64,000 nt of DNA from Squalus acanthias (Eukaryota). The stretch is taken from positions 95,048,001 to 95,112,000 of the forward strand of contig CM059432.1 in NCBI GenBank assembly GCA_030390025.1. Direction: 5' to 3'. Positions 12,796 through 25,867 of this stretch are shown here, in pieces. How positions within the stretch are numbered: position 1 is the stretch's first letter; every line of letters begins with the position of its first letter. A program made the position numbers and the translations under genes. The notes under the pieces are model-generated. The model saw only the letters and a program-made list of their open reading frames with translations, did no database searches and was not told where the DNA came from.

Positions 12796-13490
12796 ACATA
12801 GAAACATAGAAACGTAGAAGATAGGAGCAGGAGTAGGCCATTCGGCCCCTCGAGCCTATTCCGCCATTTAATGAATCATGGCTGATCATCCAAATTCAGT
12901 ACCCTGTCCCTGCTTTCTCCCCATATCCCTTGATCCCTTTAGCCTTAAGAAATATATCTAACTCCTTCTTGAATATATTTAATGAATTGGCCTCAACTGC
13001 CTTGTGTGGTAGAGAATTCCACAGGTTCACCACACTCTGGGTGAAGAAATTCCTCCTCATCTCAGTCCTAAATGGCTTACCCCTTACCCTTAGACTGTGA
13101 CCCCTGGTTCTGGACTCCCCCACCATTGGGAACATCCTTCCTGCATCTAGTCTGTCTAGTCCTGTTAGAATTTTATAAATTTCAGTGAGATCCCCTCTCA
13201 TTCTTCTAAACTCTAGCAAATATAAGCCTAATCGACCCAATCTTTCCTCATATGTCATTCCTGCCATCCCAGGTATCAGTCTGGTGAATCTTCGCTGCAC
13301 TGTCTCCATGGCAAGAACATCCTTCCTCAGATAAGGTGACCAAAACTGCACACAATACTCAAGGTGTGGTCTCACCAAGGCCCTGTACAGCTGCAGCAAG
13401 ACATCCTTGCTCCTGTACTCGAATCCTCTCGCTATGAAGGCCAACATACCATTTGCCTTCTTAACCGCCTGCTGCACCTGCATGCTTACC
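12796..13490 (-). mobile_element. Young CR1 3' fragment (same family as 25773-30288)
   Basis: Open ORF 12896-13483 is nearly identical to the C-terminus at 25868-26500; (CATAGAAA)n tail. Confidence 0.95.
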
Positions 13491-13667
13491 TTCTTATTAC
13501 TTTCTTTGTATCCCTCTGTTTTTTTTATATAGCTTTCCCAGTCTGCTGGTTTTCCACTTTTCCTTGCATTTGTGCAAGCCTTTTCTTTAAGCTTGATACT
13601 ATCTTTTACCTCATTTGCTGATCATGGTTGCTTAACTACACAAGTGGAGCCTTTGCCTTTTAGGGCT

Positions 13668-14727
13668 TACGCAGTTCACATGGTATATCGGCCAAGAGTG
13701 AGTTTCCTGGATCTGTCTGAGGAGCAGTGCACAAGGAGGCTGCGCTACTCCAGGGAGGTTGTTGCTGATCACTGCAGTCTCGGGCACTAAGACCTGCATG
13801 ATGATGTACTCCTCTTCAGGGTCATGTTGCTGAGAAGGACCTAGAGGAAAGAGCAATGAGTTAGCATGACAAGGTGGACAGTCGCAGATGGCAGGCTTCA
13901 CGTTGTAGCTTGAAGTTGTCAAGCTGGCTCAATGTTAGGCTCGATATCTCAAATGTGCATTGCTCTTAAAGGGCCACTGATTTCCAGAGCTTCCTGCTCC
14001 ATCTAGGTGAGGGTAACGATGCTGGGTGGTTCCTGGATCTGCAATTGCTACCATGAGAGAACAGAATGCTGTTAGTGGCTACTGTGAAGGCCGCAAACAA
14101 GAGGTAAGTGTGTGTTTGGCATACGAATGAGACATGGTATAATATGCCCTTGTGTTTGGTGGTGAAGGATGTGATGCAGGGGAGGGAAAGGACGGTTGCC
14201 AGGTGTTATTGAGAAATAGATATAGAGAGCTGTACTCAACCTAACTGCTCCTGTCTGGTCATTGAAGAGTTTCCTATATTTCATCCGGATCCTGGTCTGA
14301 TGCTTCTGGAATTGACCATCTCTACCACCTCTCTCCATGCATGGCCTATGTAGATCTTGGCAATCTTTTTCCCACTTCTGAGAACCAGAATGTCCTCCCT
14401 TGCCCTCACCTCTTCCACAAAGACCTCCAGGCATCAGAGGACCTTGGGGGAGCCTGGTGATCCATTGGTGAGAATCTCCACGTTCCAGCAGTATTAAAGA
14501 CCAATCCGGCAACAGTGCATACAACCTCCCTTTAACAGGTGCATTCACACTTTAAATAGGACATTGGAGGCCCACTGGAAATCCCGAATGGAAAATGGGT
14601 GGGCAGCCCACCAATCAAATGTAAATGAGTCCCGGGAGATGAAATAGTCCGGGCCTCAAATTGATGGCTGGTTTGACACTCACCCTGGCCCTGCCCCCCT
14701 TCAACCAGCTGCCAGTTAAAATTCCCC
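13668..14727. mobile_element. Degenerate Harbinger remnant (transposase N-terminus on +, Myb remnant on -)
   Basis: VYRPRVSFLDLSEEQCTRRLRYSRE at 13680-13770 matches the transposase at 38845-39262; KYRKLFND on minus ~14260-14285 resembles Myb KRFND; ends in AAAATTCCCC. Confidence 0.6.
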
Positions 14728-15291
14728 TGATAAAGTTGAGTCAAAATAAAAAGTGCTAGTGATTAGCACTAGCTCAGTACAGAAGCTGTAATCTTCAAGC
14801 AACCATTCTTTTGCTGGATTGCATTTCCCTAAGTTGTAGCCTTTAGAATGGCTCTGCGATGAGTTGTGCTACTATGGCTGCTGCTGTGGGTTCTGGAGCC
14901 ATTTCTCCTGCTTAATAATGACTCATGGTGACTTCCCACCCACCTTTCCATTATCTCAGTAAAACACAGATAAAAAATGCAGGCATAAAATTTGAAACAT
15001 GAGAAAAATGAGACGCATTTTCAAATAGAAAAGAGGCTCAATTTTCACATTCAAATAACTCCTACCTGAAGGAAACACTAATTATACAATTAGGGCTGGA
15101 ATGTATAACAATAATGTAAAATGTCACCGTTTATATATTGTCATGCTCATATGGCAGTGTGAATAGTCTGAAAATTATTTCATTGCAAATGTAGTATTGA
15201 TTTTTTTTTAAGTGGGAAAAAAAGAACCATGGCTCAATGTTATTTGATGCCTGCCTTGCCAGCATTCTGTGTTGTGGGCCATGCAAACTAT

Positions 15292-15453
15292 GGCCAACAA
15301 ATTCCTCAGACCTGCTCCCTCTATGCCGGTGTTACTTCACTGGAAGTGCACTGGAAACCCTGTTTATGTGCATGAACGGGATTTCTGCCGCACTTGCGGC
15401 AAAGTGATGCCAGTGGAGGCAGAGCAGACGCAGCTCCCAGGAATTTCCTGGCC
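15292..15453. mobile_element. Small Harbinger-type MITE
   Basis: Imperfect TIRs GGCCAACAAATTCCT / AGGAATTTCCTGGCC, long internal inverted similarity, TSD TAT. Confidence 0.6.
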
Positions 15454-16348
15454 TATCTTTTGGTGTACAGCTCGGCCTAATAAATCACATTAATTTAGTA
15501 CTTACAACTCTCCTGGTCTGGTCTCGTCACTCTAAACCCCTGATGTACTGTAGGTTGTGAATCATTTGACTTGAGTCAGTCTAGCAGCCTCACCTCCTAG
15601 AGGGCAGCATCAGTAAGTATTGTCACGAGTGCCAAGCCTTGACTATGCCACTCCATCCTTCCCTATAAAGCTTAGGTTAGCTTGGGGTGAGCGTTCAGTC
15701 TATTTGGTCTTGCTACATAAGATTATGCTGTTTGGTCTACTTGCATGATTGGCACATCATCATTATTAGTTAATGATCATGCTGAACTGTCACCACGATT
15801 GCTTTGACAAGGTGACAGTGATGAATTAGTCTGAAGAGGGGAGGGTGCAATCACTATATCTAAAACAAAGTTTATTTAAGGCTTTTACACCCAAGCTCCT
15901 AATTGTTTTCTAAATTTAAACTTTGGTGTTGCCAGCAGTAAAATGTTCCCAGACACCCATTTTTGTTGAGTGAGAATTATTAGGAATGAGTAATTCCAGG
16001 TGTTCTGCTGTGGGACCAATTGCTTCTTAAAGTGGTAGTACCGCATGTGTCACTTTATGCAAGATGCATTTTGAAATGATTAAGCTGGACACATTTTCAG
16101 GTACATACTAAGCACTCTGAAGAAATAAAAAGGGTAGGGGTGCCACAGCATGTTGGAGCACATGGTGAGTTACCAACTCCAGCTGTGCACAGAGGCCAGG
16201 CACCTCAGCATAGGGAGGAACAGTTAACCTGGGCTCATCCTGCGCACCTCCCAGTGGCTGGCTTTAGATCCCCTTTGGTGGATGTCTTTGAGCCCGTCTG
16301 TAGCTAGATTCTTAGCTAAGAAGGTGTGCCTGGCAATGAGAGATAAGA

Positions 16349-16519
16349 GGGTCTACTCCTGATAATTCAAAGTTGTTTTTGCACTAGAATTTTTGAATTT
16401 TCCAATAATTTTCAAATTAAGCAATGCAAATAATACAGTAAAGTGTGAATTCAGTGCCAAAAAATTCAAATTAGCAGGTCATTTGAGTTAAGCAACTTTG
16501 AACTAAGAGAAGTAGACTG
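16349..16519. mobile_element. Old Tc1/mariner (Tigger-like) MITE
   Basis: Imperfect TIRs gtctactcctgataattcaaagtt / aactttgaactaagagaagtagactg, followed by TA. Confidence 0.45.
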
Positions 16520-16604
16520 TAATGCGATAATAAATCAAAAGTGCAATAAAAAAAAATTAAGTAGCTTCAAAAATCACATTTTAAATGTGTACACAAAATA
16601 GGCT

Positions 16605-16690
16605 TGTCGTGGATATGGGTTTCAGCAGCAGATGAGCTGAGGTAGGGGCAGAGGGTGATGTTACTGAGGTGAAAGTAGGTGGTCTTTATA
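16605..16690 (-). mobile_element. L2 fragment
   Basis: tggatatgggtttcagcagcag matches the L2 copy near 53890. Confidence 0.5.
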
Positions 16691-17189
16691 ACCGTTTACA
16701 CTTTGTATTATACTAATGGTATATTGAGGAGTCCTATGAACATGGATCGCTGGCTCAGCCACTACGATTGCTGCTTCACTTCATTTCCTGATAGTGGAGA
16801 GTGAAGTAAGAGTTTGTTTTGTTCCAGGTTTTTCACTGGTGAGTGACCCAGGATGAAACCATGTTGCTATTGTATGTTTGTGGTGCAGGTTTTTACTAGT
16901 GCCTGGAGAATGACAACAAGAAATTAGTCATTGAATCACGCCAAACATCAGAGTTAAATGACACTCATCGTGTACAGTACAATGGAAATGTATTATGAAA
17001 TTTAATTTGCCAAATGTTGAATGACAGGGTAGTAGGTTAGTAAAAAAGGAACCGCCTGTTAGGCCGCAACCAACAAGGTGAGGTTTTAAAATATACTTAT
17101 TTGAGTGTGGAGCTGGGAGGCGCAGGAGAACTTCTTCCAGTGCTACATTCAAAAATAGTTGCTGCAGCTCAACACTCCTCTACCAATTG

Positions 17190-19440
17190 TTGCCACTACC
17201 TTCCCTCGATCACCCTCAATATCACACCCCACAATCACTGCCACTACCTCCCCTCGATCACCCTCACTACCTCCCCTCGATCACCCTCACTACCTCCCCC
17301 CGATCACCCTCACTATCTCCCCTCGATCACCCTAACTATCCCCCTCGATCACCCTCACTACCTCCCCTCGATCACCCTCACTATCCCCCTCGATCACCAC
17401 CACTACCTCCCCCCGATCACCCTCACTACCTCCCCTCGATCACCCTCACTACCTCCCCCCGATCACCCTCACTACCTCCCCCGATCACCCTCACTACCTC
17501 CCCTCGATCACCCTCACTACCTCCCCTCGATCACCCTCACTACCTCCCCTCGATCACCACCACTACCTCCCCTCGATCACCCTCACTACCTCCCCTCGAT
17601 CACCCTCACTACCTCCCCCCGATCACCCTCACTATCCCCCTCGATCACCCTCACTATCTCCCCTCGATCACCCTCACTATCCCCCTCGATCACCCTCACT
17701 ATCTCCCCTCGATCACCCTCACTATCTCCCCCCGATCACCCTCACTCCCTCCCCTCGATCACCCTCACTACCTCCCCTCGATCACCCTCACTACCTCCCC
17801 TCGATCACCATCACTACCCTCCCTCGATCACCCTCACTACCTCCCCTCGATCACCATCACTACCCTCCCTCGATCACCATCACTACCCTCCCTCGATCAC
17901 CCTCACTACCTCCCCTCGATCACCCTCACTACCCTCCCTCGATCACCATCACTACCTCCCCCCGATCACCCTCACTACCCTCCCTCGATCACCCTCACTA
18001 CCTCCCCTCGATCACCATCACTACCCTCCCTCGATCACCATCACTACCTCCCCCCGATCACCCTCACTACCCTCCCTCGATCACCCTCACTACCTCCCCC
18101 CGATCACCCTCACTACCCTCCCTCGATCACCCTCACTACCTCCCCTCGATCACCCTCACTACCCTCCCTCGATCACCCACACTACCTCCCCCCGATCACC
18201 CTCACTACCTCCCCTCGATCACCCTCACTACCTCCCCTCGATCACCCTCACTACCTCCCCTCGATCACCCTCACTACCCTCCCTCGATCACCCTCACTAC
18301 CTCCCCTCGATCACCCTCACTACCCTCCCTCGATCACCCACACTACCTCCCCCCGATCACCCTCACTACCTCCCCCCGATCACCCTCACTACCCTCCCTC
18401 GATCACCCTCACTACCTCCCCTCGATCACCCTCACTACCCTCCCTCGATCACCCTCACTACCCTCCCTCGATCACCATCACTACCTCCCCTCGATCACCC
18501 TCACTATCTCCCGTCGATCACCCTCACTCCCTCCCGTCGATCACCCTCACTCCCTCCCGTCGATCACCCTCACTCCCTCCCCTCGATCACCACCACTACC
18601 TCCCCTCGATCACCCTCACTACCTCCCCTCGATCACCCTCACTACCTCCCCCCGATCACCCTCACTACCTCCCCCGATCACACTCACTCCCTCCCGTCGA
18701 TCACCCTCACTATCCCCCTCGATCACCCTCACTACCTCCCCTCGATCACCCTCACTACCTCCCCCCGATCACCCTCACTACCTCCCCCCGATCACCCTCA
18801 CTACCTCCCCTCGATCACCCTCACTACCTCCCCCCGATCACCCTCACTACCTCCCCGATCACCCTCACTACCTCCCCCCGATCACCCTCACTACCTTCCC
18901 GATCACCCTCACTATCTCCCCGATCACCCTCACTACCTCCCCTCGATCACCCTCACTACCTCCCCCCGATCACCCTCACTACCTCCCCGATCACCCTCAC
19001 TACCTCCCCCCGATCACCCTCACTACCTTCCCGATCACCCTCACTACCTCCCCGATCACCCTCACTACCTCCCCCCGATCACCCTCACTACCTTCCCGAT
19101 CACCCTCACTACCTCCCTGATCACCCTCACTCTCCCCGATCACCTCACTCCCTCCCCTCGATCACACTCACTCCCTCCCCTCGATCACCCTCACTACCTC
19201 CCCGATCACCCTCACTACCTCCCCTCGATCACCCTCACTACCTCCCCGATCACCCTCATTACCTCCCCTCGATCACCCTCACTACCTCCCCTCGATCACA
19301 CTCACTCCCTCCCCTCGATCACACTCACTCCCTCCCCTCGATCACACTCACTACCTCCCCTCGATCACCCTCACTACCTCCCCGATCACCCTCACTACCT
19401 CCCCCCAATCACCCCCACTACGACACCCGATCACCGCCCC
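17190..19440. repeat. 23-bp minisatellite (CACTACCTCCCCTCGATCACCCT)n, roughly 95-100 units with 21-22 bp variants
   Basis: Direct tandem repetition is visible in the sequence; extreme C/G strand skew. Confidence 0.97.
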
Positions 19441-21159
19441 TACCACTATTCCCCTCAATACCCGCTGCTACATTCCCCCTTCCCACACCGGCCACCTCTA
19501 CTCCCCACCCGACCACTGCTTCCTCCACCCCAGCCATCACTTCCTTCCTGACCCGATCTCCCCCCCTTCCTGGTTACTCCCCTTCCCAATCGCCCGCTTT
19601 CTTTAATGCCGCTTTGCCAGATAGCTGCCTGATACTGTCCACAGCTTGCCAACTCGATGTGTGTGCCTACGACCTCGTCATTCAGGTGCAGGGATTGCAC
19701 TCAGTGCTCCCCCCATCCTGGTGCGTTCTAGGCCTTTGTGCTTTCTCGTAGAGATTACGCTCTGTAGTTTAAAAATTATGTAAAACTTGGACATTGCAGT
19801 ATAAATGTTAAAAACATCAGTTGTTAAAATTTGATGTTTGAAGTACTGTTCACTTTATGTTTGCAATAAAGTAAGACTGCACCGAGTTCCTTGTGTAATT
19901 TATTCAAAGGTATGGGGAAGTCATGTAGAAATAGTTAAATGACACAGGGTACCTTTTGGAGCCTACATCAAATTTCTGCTCCATGTGTAATCCTGTTGTC
20001 AATATCTGCTCAGTTTACATCTGAAGACTGGCTGGCAACCAGCACCACAAAGAGCTGACTTTAGGACGTGTAACTGCAAGCTTAGGGATTCAGCGGCCTT
20101 AGATCCAGTCCAAAGATAAAGAAAGTTGATGGTGAGAGTGGCTGGTATGTGCTGTCCTGAGGCTGAGGTCAGCTGCAGGTCATCCTGAGGTGAATATGTG
20201 TGTTGTGCTCATCTGGCAAAAGCCGGGGAGCGGGGGGTGGTGGTGTAAAGGTACAGGAGAGACCTCTTCTGCTTCTTGAGCAGTGAAGGTGTTTGTCAAG
20301 GACAAATCATGCACAGGTCATGAACCAAGCAATTGCAGAACTACAAAGACATTGCCTTTAGATACATGGGTAGATTACTCTTGACCAGTGTGAACAAACA
20401 CAGAGGAGTACAGAAACTACTGTTAAAACATCTGAAGACATTGTCTGCTGGGTTACAATATTCTGTGTTAACCTAGTACTGAATGTTGTCCTAGCAAATG
20501 AGTATATCACAAGTGCAAGCAGAAGAGTGCTCAGGTTCTGAATGGTGCTTTCGTTTATCTAAACAACTTGAATATAATTGGAGTCATTCAAACTAGCAGG
20601 GGGCTGTGACAGAGATAAATTAGACAAACTGTGCACCAATAAACTGGGGGACAAACAAAGTCTTTCTTTGGTTTACTTTAGACTAGATTGGTGTATAAAA
20701 TAGTTAAGTAAAGCTGCAAAATATCTCTAAAAAGAGATTGATAAACTCTGTTTCAAAGCTACTGAAGTGCAATGTATAATATTTCAGGGGTAACTATTCC
20801 CCATTTTAAATAGAATGTGTCGAGGGGCCCAGTAACTGAAGTGCTTGAGCACTTCATCTCTGAACCAGACGGTAATGAGTCATAGCTGCCACAGGGCTAC
20901 CTGCCACCTGAGTTCTCATTTTTGGGTGAATTTTGTCAGTTTTCAATAAGGATACCAGACTGCATGACAAAGTAGAAAGCCATTGCTCTTGGGGAGGTGG
21001 GGGGAGGGGGAGATGATAGTTATTTTCCAACTTTCTCTGGTTGAATCACATCATTATCTAGTTGATCACAGAATGACATTCTCAGCAACAGTGGACCTGC
21101 CCATCTTCCAAACCATCACATCGTCATGGTTGGAGGAAGCTGCTGAAAGATAAGCTGGT

Positions 21160-21990
21160 TGCAAGAAGAGCAATATATGAACATATGATAAAGAGGGACA
21201 AGAAAACACTGACTGATCCATCCAACCTGTCTGAACCAGATGGTACAGCCTATGTTCACCATCAACCCATCCCCAGTCATGCAATCTCCTGGAATAGCAT
21301 AAAAAAGGCCAAAAAAAAGGAAAAAAGAAACACAGACAGGAAAAAACCTCTGGGAAATTCCTCTCTGACCCCCAAAGACAATCAACTGATGCACTAATCA
21401 TGCTAGCCCCACATACCTTCTACTTGCAGGAACTCATCCAGCTCCATTTTGAAAGCCTGTGGTGAATTGGTGAAAACGTGACTGCCAATCCCACAAGACT
21501 CAACCTTACTTAACAATCTTTAGTACAGCTTTTTATTGAAGGCTTTTTGGAAACCAGATACACAATATTCACTAGGTAACCATCACTGATCATCTTTTTG
21601 ACCTCATCAGAAAATTCAACCAAGTAAGTGAGACAGGACCACCATTTCCAAAAGTCATGTTGAGAATCCCTAATAACCTCTTCTCTTCCCAACTGATCAT
21701 ACAGCACATCTCTAATAATTCTTGCCTATAACTCATGTCAAGCTAACTGGTTTATAGTTCCTAGGCTTTGATTTACCCCTCTTTTTTAAATATTGGCACC
21801 ACATGGCCTTTGTCCAGTCCATGGGAACAATCCTGGATTTCAACGAACTGATAAATATGTGAGCCAGCAGCTGACATAATCTAGTCCCCATTTCCTTCGG
21901 TATTCGAGGAAGAATACCATCAGGGCCAGAAGCCCACTCTATCTTGAGAGCCCTCATCCTGGAGAGGTCTCATTTTGCCAACTTCAGCAG
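21160..21990 (-). mobile_element. Old CR1 fragment(s)
   Basis: GPDGILPRIPKE, NYKPVSLT and SQHDF motifs; CR1-like 3' end near 21170-21250. Confidence 0.7.
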
Positions 21991-23758
21991 ATTCAATTTT
22001 GACATCACAAGGGCGATTTTTAGTACACACCTAAACTGGGCATGAAGTTGCCAGATTGGCTGTGCTGACTACCCAAAGCCAGCATTGGGCGGCCTGAACC
22101 ATTTTCAACCTCATTTGAATTCAGCCAACCAGCTGCAATTCACCGGTTGTGGAGGGCGACAAATTGTCCGGCTCCTTGGGGGACAGCCGATCCAGAGGGG
22201 GTGGGGTGGCTGGGGCGAGCTCAGGCTTCAATGGAAAAGAAAATCAAGCGTGCTGTAAAACAGGCTGCCGATTCGCTATGAGCCCGCTTTACGTTACTGG
22301 CGAAGATCAGTTTTATCCCCAGAATATTTTTGAATGAATTTTCTGATGAGCTCAATTGGAATTGAGTTCATTTTTCAAAAAAGTTGAATTTTGAAAGCTT
22401 TAATTATCACCTTTATAGAGAGTTGGTAATTAAAATATTTACAGTTTCATATAGCTGTGAAAGAGAGACAGAGAAGCAGAGAGACATAGACGGAGAAAGA
22501 CACAGATGCACATCCAGGAACCAATCACAAAACACTAAATTCAACGTTTGCAGAGATCCGTAGAAAGTCACAAACCAATGCTGCACACTTAAATTTCCCC
22601 TCCCACCCCCAACAACAAAGTTGGCAGGTTCAAGCCCTGCCCCTCTTCTACCTCCTGACAAACATCAAGAATCCATCAGTGAGCTAAACCTCACAGTTAA
22701 CTCCTAGTTCTGCCAAACTGCAGGTTCACCTTCCACTGTGAAGCCAGATCAAAGGATTCTCCTTTGTGCCAAACCCTAGGAGCTCCTAGCCCAGTTCTAC
22801 CAAACCCCAGGACAATTCCCCAGTGCTATCAAACCCCAGCACAAACCACCACTGACACCCAAACCAGGACTGGAACAAGTGCTGCTGAACCCAACTCCAC
22901 CTCCTCAGTACCACTAAGTACCAGGACCCTGAATTTCTGCAGGGATTGTCCCAATCTTTCAGCATAACCTCAGTGGGAGATCAGTAGAACCCTTAAAGCA
23001 ATGGTGCAAATGTTGGAAAACATCCATTTGCGCTGTTTATCTGGGGACAGACAATCTCCTGCTGAAGTTATTGAAGGGGGGAAGAAATCGGGAAATATTC
23101 ACGGTCCAGATAGCTAAAAATGAAATACATAGGTAAATGAATATATGCAAAATTTAAAGGCCACTTATTTACAGTTTTCACAGAACAATGGGCAGTGAAA
23201 AATCCTATAATAAATTGTAAAAGAATATAATTTAACTGCTTCAGTCACTGTAAATCAACGGTCCTGATGTTATGGCCTACATGGCATAAACAACTCTATT
23301 ATTATAAAACGCTGAATACTCTGACTCACCATGAGGAATGCCAAGGAGATCTACTAGTTAAAAAAATTATCCCATTGGATTGCTGCACTTTTATCCTTTC
23401 TACTGCTGGGTGCAGCTCCACAGGTGCTGTCCACCCTTCAGTACTTCACAGAAGTAAGCATTTTCTTGCTTGAAGTTAGACAGTGAGGCTGCGATTTTCC
23501 CATTGGTGACGGGTTGGGTGCGGGTCAGGTGGTCAGTGGGTTCCAATCCCGCTGCCGCTTTCAGCCGGTAAAAATTTGCGATTTTGCCCTAATTGGGCAA
23601 TTGAGTCCCTGCCTGTGCGTTCCCCTGGCCAATGAGCTTTTTGGGTCTGGAACTCGCCTCTGCTGACATCTGTGAGCCAGCTGCATTTAATGGGCCCATG
23701 CAGCCTTGGTTCATTTTCTCATTATTTGCTGCTGGATTTCCTTGTGACAACTGCTGCC

Positions 23759-25657
23759 ATGACTACCTCAAGGGCCAAGACCTCTCCCCGATTTGATGAT
23801 GACTCCCTCCATGCTCTTGTGGAGGGAGTCAGAGGGTGCAGGGAGGTACTCTTCCCATCCTCTGGGCGGAAGAAGCCACCACAGCAAACAAAAGCAGTCT
23901 GGCTGCAAATTGCTCAGGAGGTGAGCTCCAGATCCATGTGCCCTCGAACCTGGGTGCAGTGCAGCAAAAGGCTTAGGAAAAGTGAGTATAACATCACACT
24001 TGGCCTCAATCTGCTCCCCATCTCCTCTCATCACCAGCACTCTGCATTGTCAACCTACTCCTGCACATCCCACTTTACCCTTACATCCCTTGCACCCTTA
24101 ACCATCCCTCTCTCTGTATGTACACAATCACTTCACTATTCGACTATGCTGCCCTCACACTCGCTATCACTGTGATGCTATGACAACAACTAACAGCGCA
24201 CAGGGAGGGCCCTTGGTATTGGCACCTCACTCCATCTTTGTCTCCTTCTAAGCATCTATGCTATGGATTCTCTCCACTCACTCCATCATTCTCACTCAAA
24301 CTCCACTTGTGTCCCTCATTGCAGGAAAAGAGAGCCCACAATAAAAGGGAGAGGGCTAAGACAGGAGGAGGGCCACCTTCCATAGCCCATCTCACCAACG
24401 CTGAGGAGGCGGCCCTGGAGATTATTGGAGGCAATGAGGATGTGGAAGTGGGGAACGGTCAGACGGGCGCAGCAGAGCAAACTGGTGACGGAATAGATTT
24501 GCATCTCTCTCATTTACATTGCATGAGTGACTGATATGGCTTCTGATGTTCATACAGATTGACTTATGATCATCTGCACAATTCGATGTGCCTGCTACGT
24601 AAATATCACATGTCTAACCCATTCCTTTACTCCCCCACAGGACCATCGACAGCCCCCCTCCCCACTGTCCAGGAGGAAGAACCTGAGCCGGAAGACACTT
24701 CAGAGAAACCTGCAACCTCTGAGGGCGCAGCGTCAGCAGAATTAAGCGCACCCAGCACCAGCGCAGATACGCACACCTCGGTGGGACCTTCGTGACATAG
24801 AGTAGTGTTGTCACCTGACAGTCCTTGTCGGAGGCCGCTCTGCTCAACTGCATGTGGACCTTGTGCCTCCGGGTCCATCCAGAAAGAGAGCAGTGCTGGA
24901 ACTCCAGGAACAGGTGCAGGAGTCTCTGGCAGGTTTTGACTCCAAGGTTACTGCGAGTGTGGAGAGGATGGAGGAGTCCATCTCTAACATGAGCAGTGCC
25001 TTTGTGGAGGCAATGGTGCATGAACGCACCACCACGGAAAGGATGGCAACCTCCGTGGAAATGATGGCTACCTCTCTGGAAAGGTTGGCTACGGTAGAGG
25101 AGAGGATGGCTATGGCCATGGAGGAAATAAGTCGCCAGAGTCTGGAAAACATGGCGAATGTTCAGAATAGACTGACATCTCTGGAGGAGCGATGGGTAGC
25201 TATTGAGCAGAGAAACCAGAGCTTCATGGAAGTCCTTTTGAGTAGGACTGCCAGTGCAGATACGGGTCCTCATGGCCCCCCTGATGTGCAGCAAGGTGCT
25301 GTCAAGCCACTTGCTACCACTGAAGTGGGCCTGACCCATGAGAGTGATGTTGGTGGCAGGCAACAAGGAAGTGGGGGCTCCTCTCCAAGCGCTCACACCC
25401 CCATGCCACTGAATAGCCCTCGGTCAGATCCCCACCAGAGTTCTCATCCAACTGAGATGGGCGTCTCAGCCCCTGCACAGACGCAGGAGGAGCAGACTGT
25501 TGCCGAGCCCTCACAGGCTCGTAAGCCCAGAGGTCGCCCGCCAAAGGTGTTGAAGAAGGAGCAGCATGAAAGTGAGCAAGGTGCCTCCACATCTGCTGAA
25601 GCCACAGGGGAAGCACCACGTAGAAGCACGCATAAGAGGAAGATAAAGTACAATTAG
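23759..25657 (+). pseudogene. Harbinger Myb/SANT-like DNA-binding protein gene, 3 exons (23759-23981, 24325-24484, 24641-25657)
   Basis: PRFDDDSLHALVEGV...W..IA.EVS...RTWVQC.KR; exon 2 ERAKTGGGPP; GT-AG introns. Exon 1 ends out of phase, TGA at 24793-24795 and a later frameshift. Confidence 0.85.
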
Positions 25658-25867
25658 TCACAAGGGTAGTCGCTTGGGTGTTCTGTTGTGTTGTCTTTAA
25701 TTTTTGCCATTGTCATCCTTTTGTGCATTGATTAAACAGAAGTGATGGCAAACAGTTGAAGTTCTGGCCTATAGACATAGAAACATAGAAGATAGGAGCA
25801 GGAGTAGGCCATTCGGCCCCTCGAGCCTGCTCCGCCATTCGATGAGATCATGGCTGATCATCCAAAC

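Noticed and set aside
17190..19440. CRISPR-like array
   Set aside because: No unique spacers, no cas genes, eukaryotic context.
17101..19751. 816-aa and 854-aa Pro/His-rich ORFs resembling extensin or mucin
   Set aside because: They are by-products of a stop-poor 23-bp repeat; the unit is not a multiple of three, and the same peptides cycle through overlapping frames.
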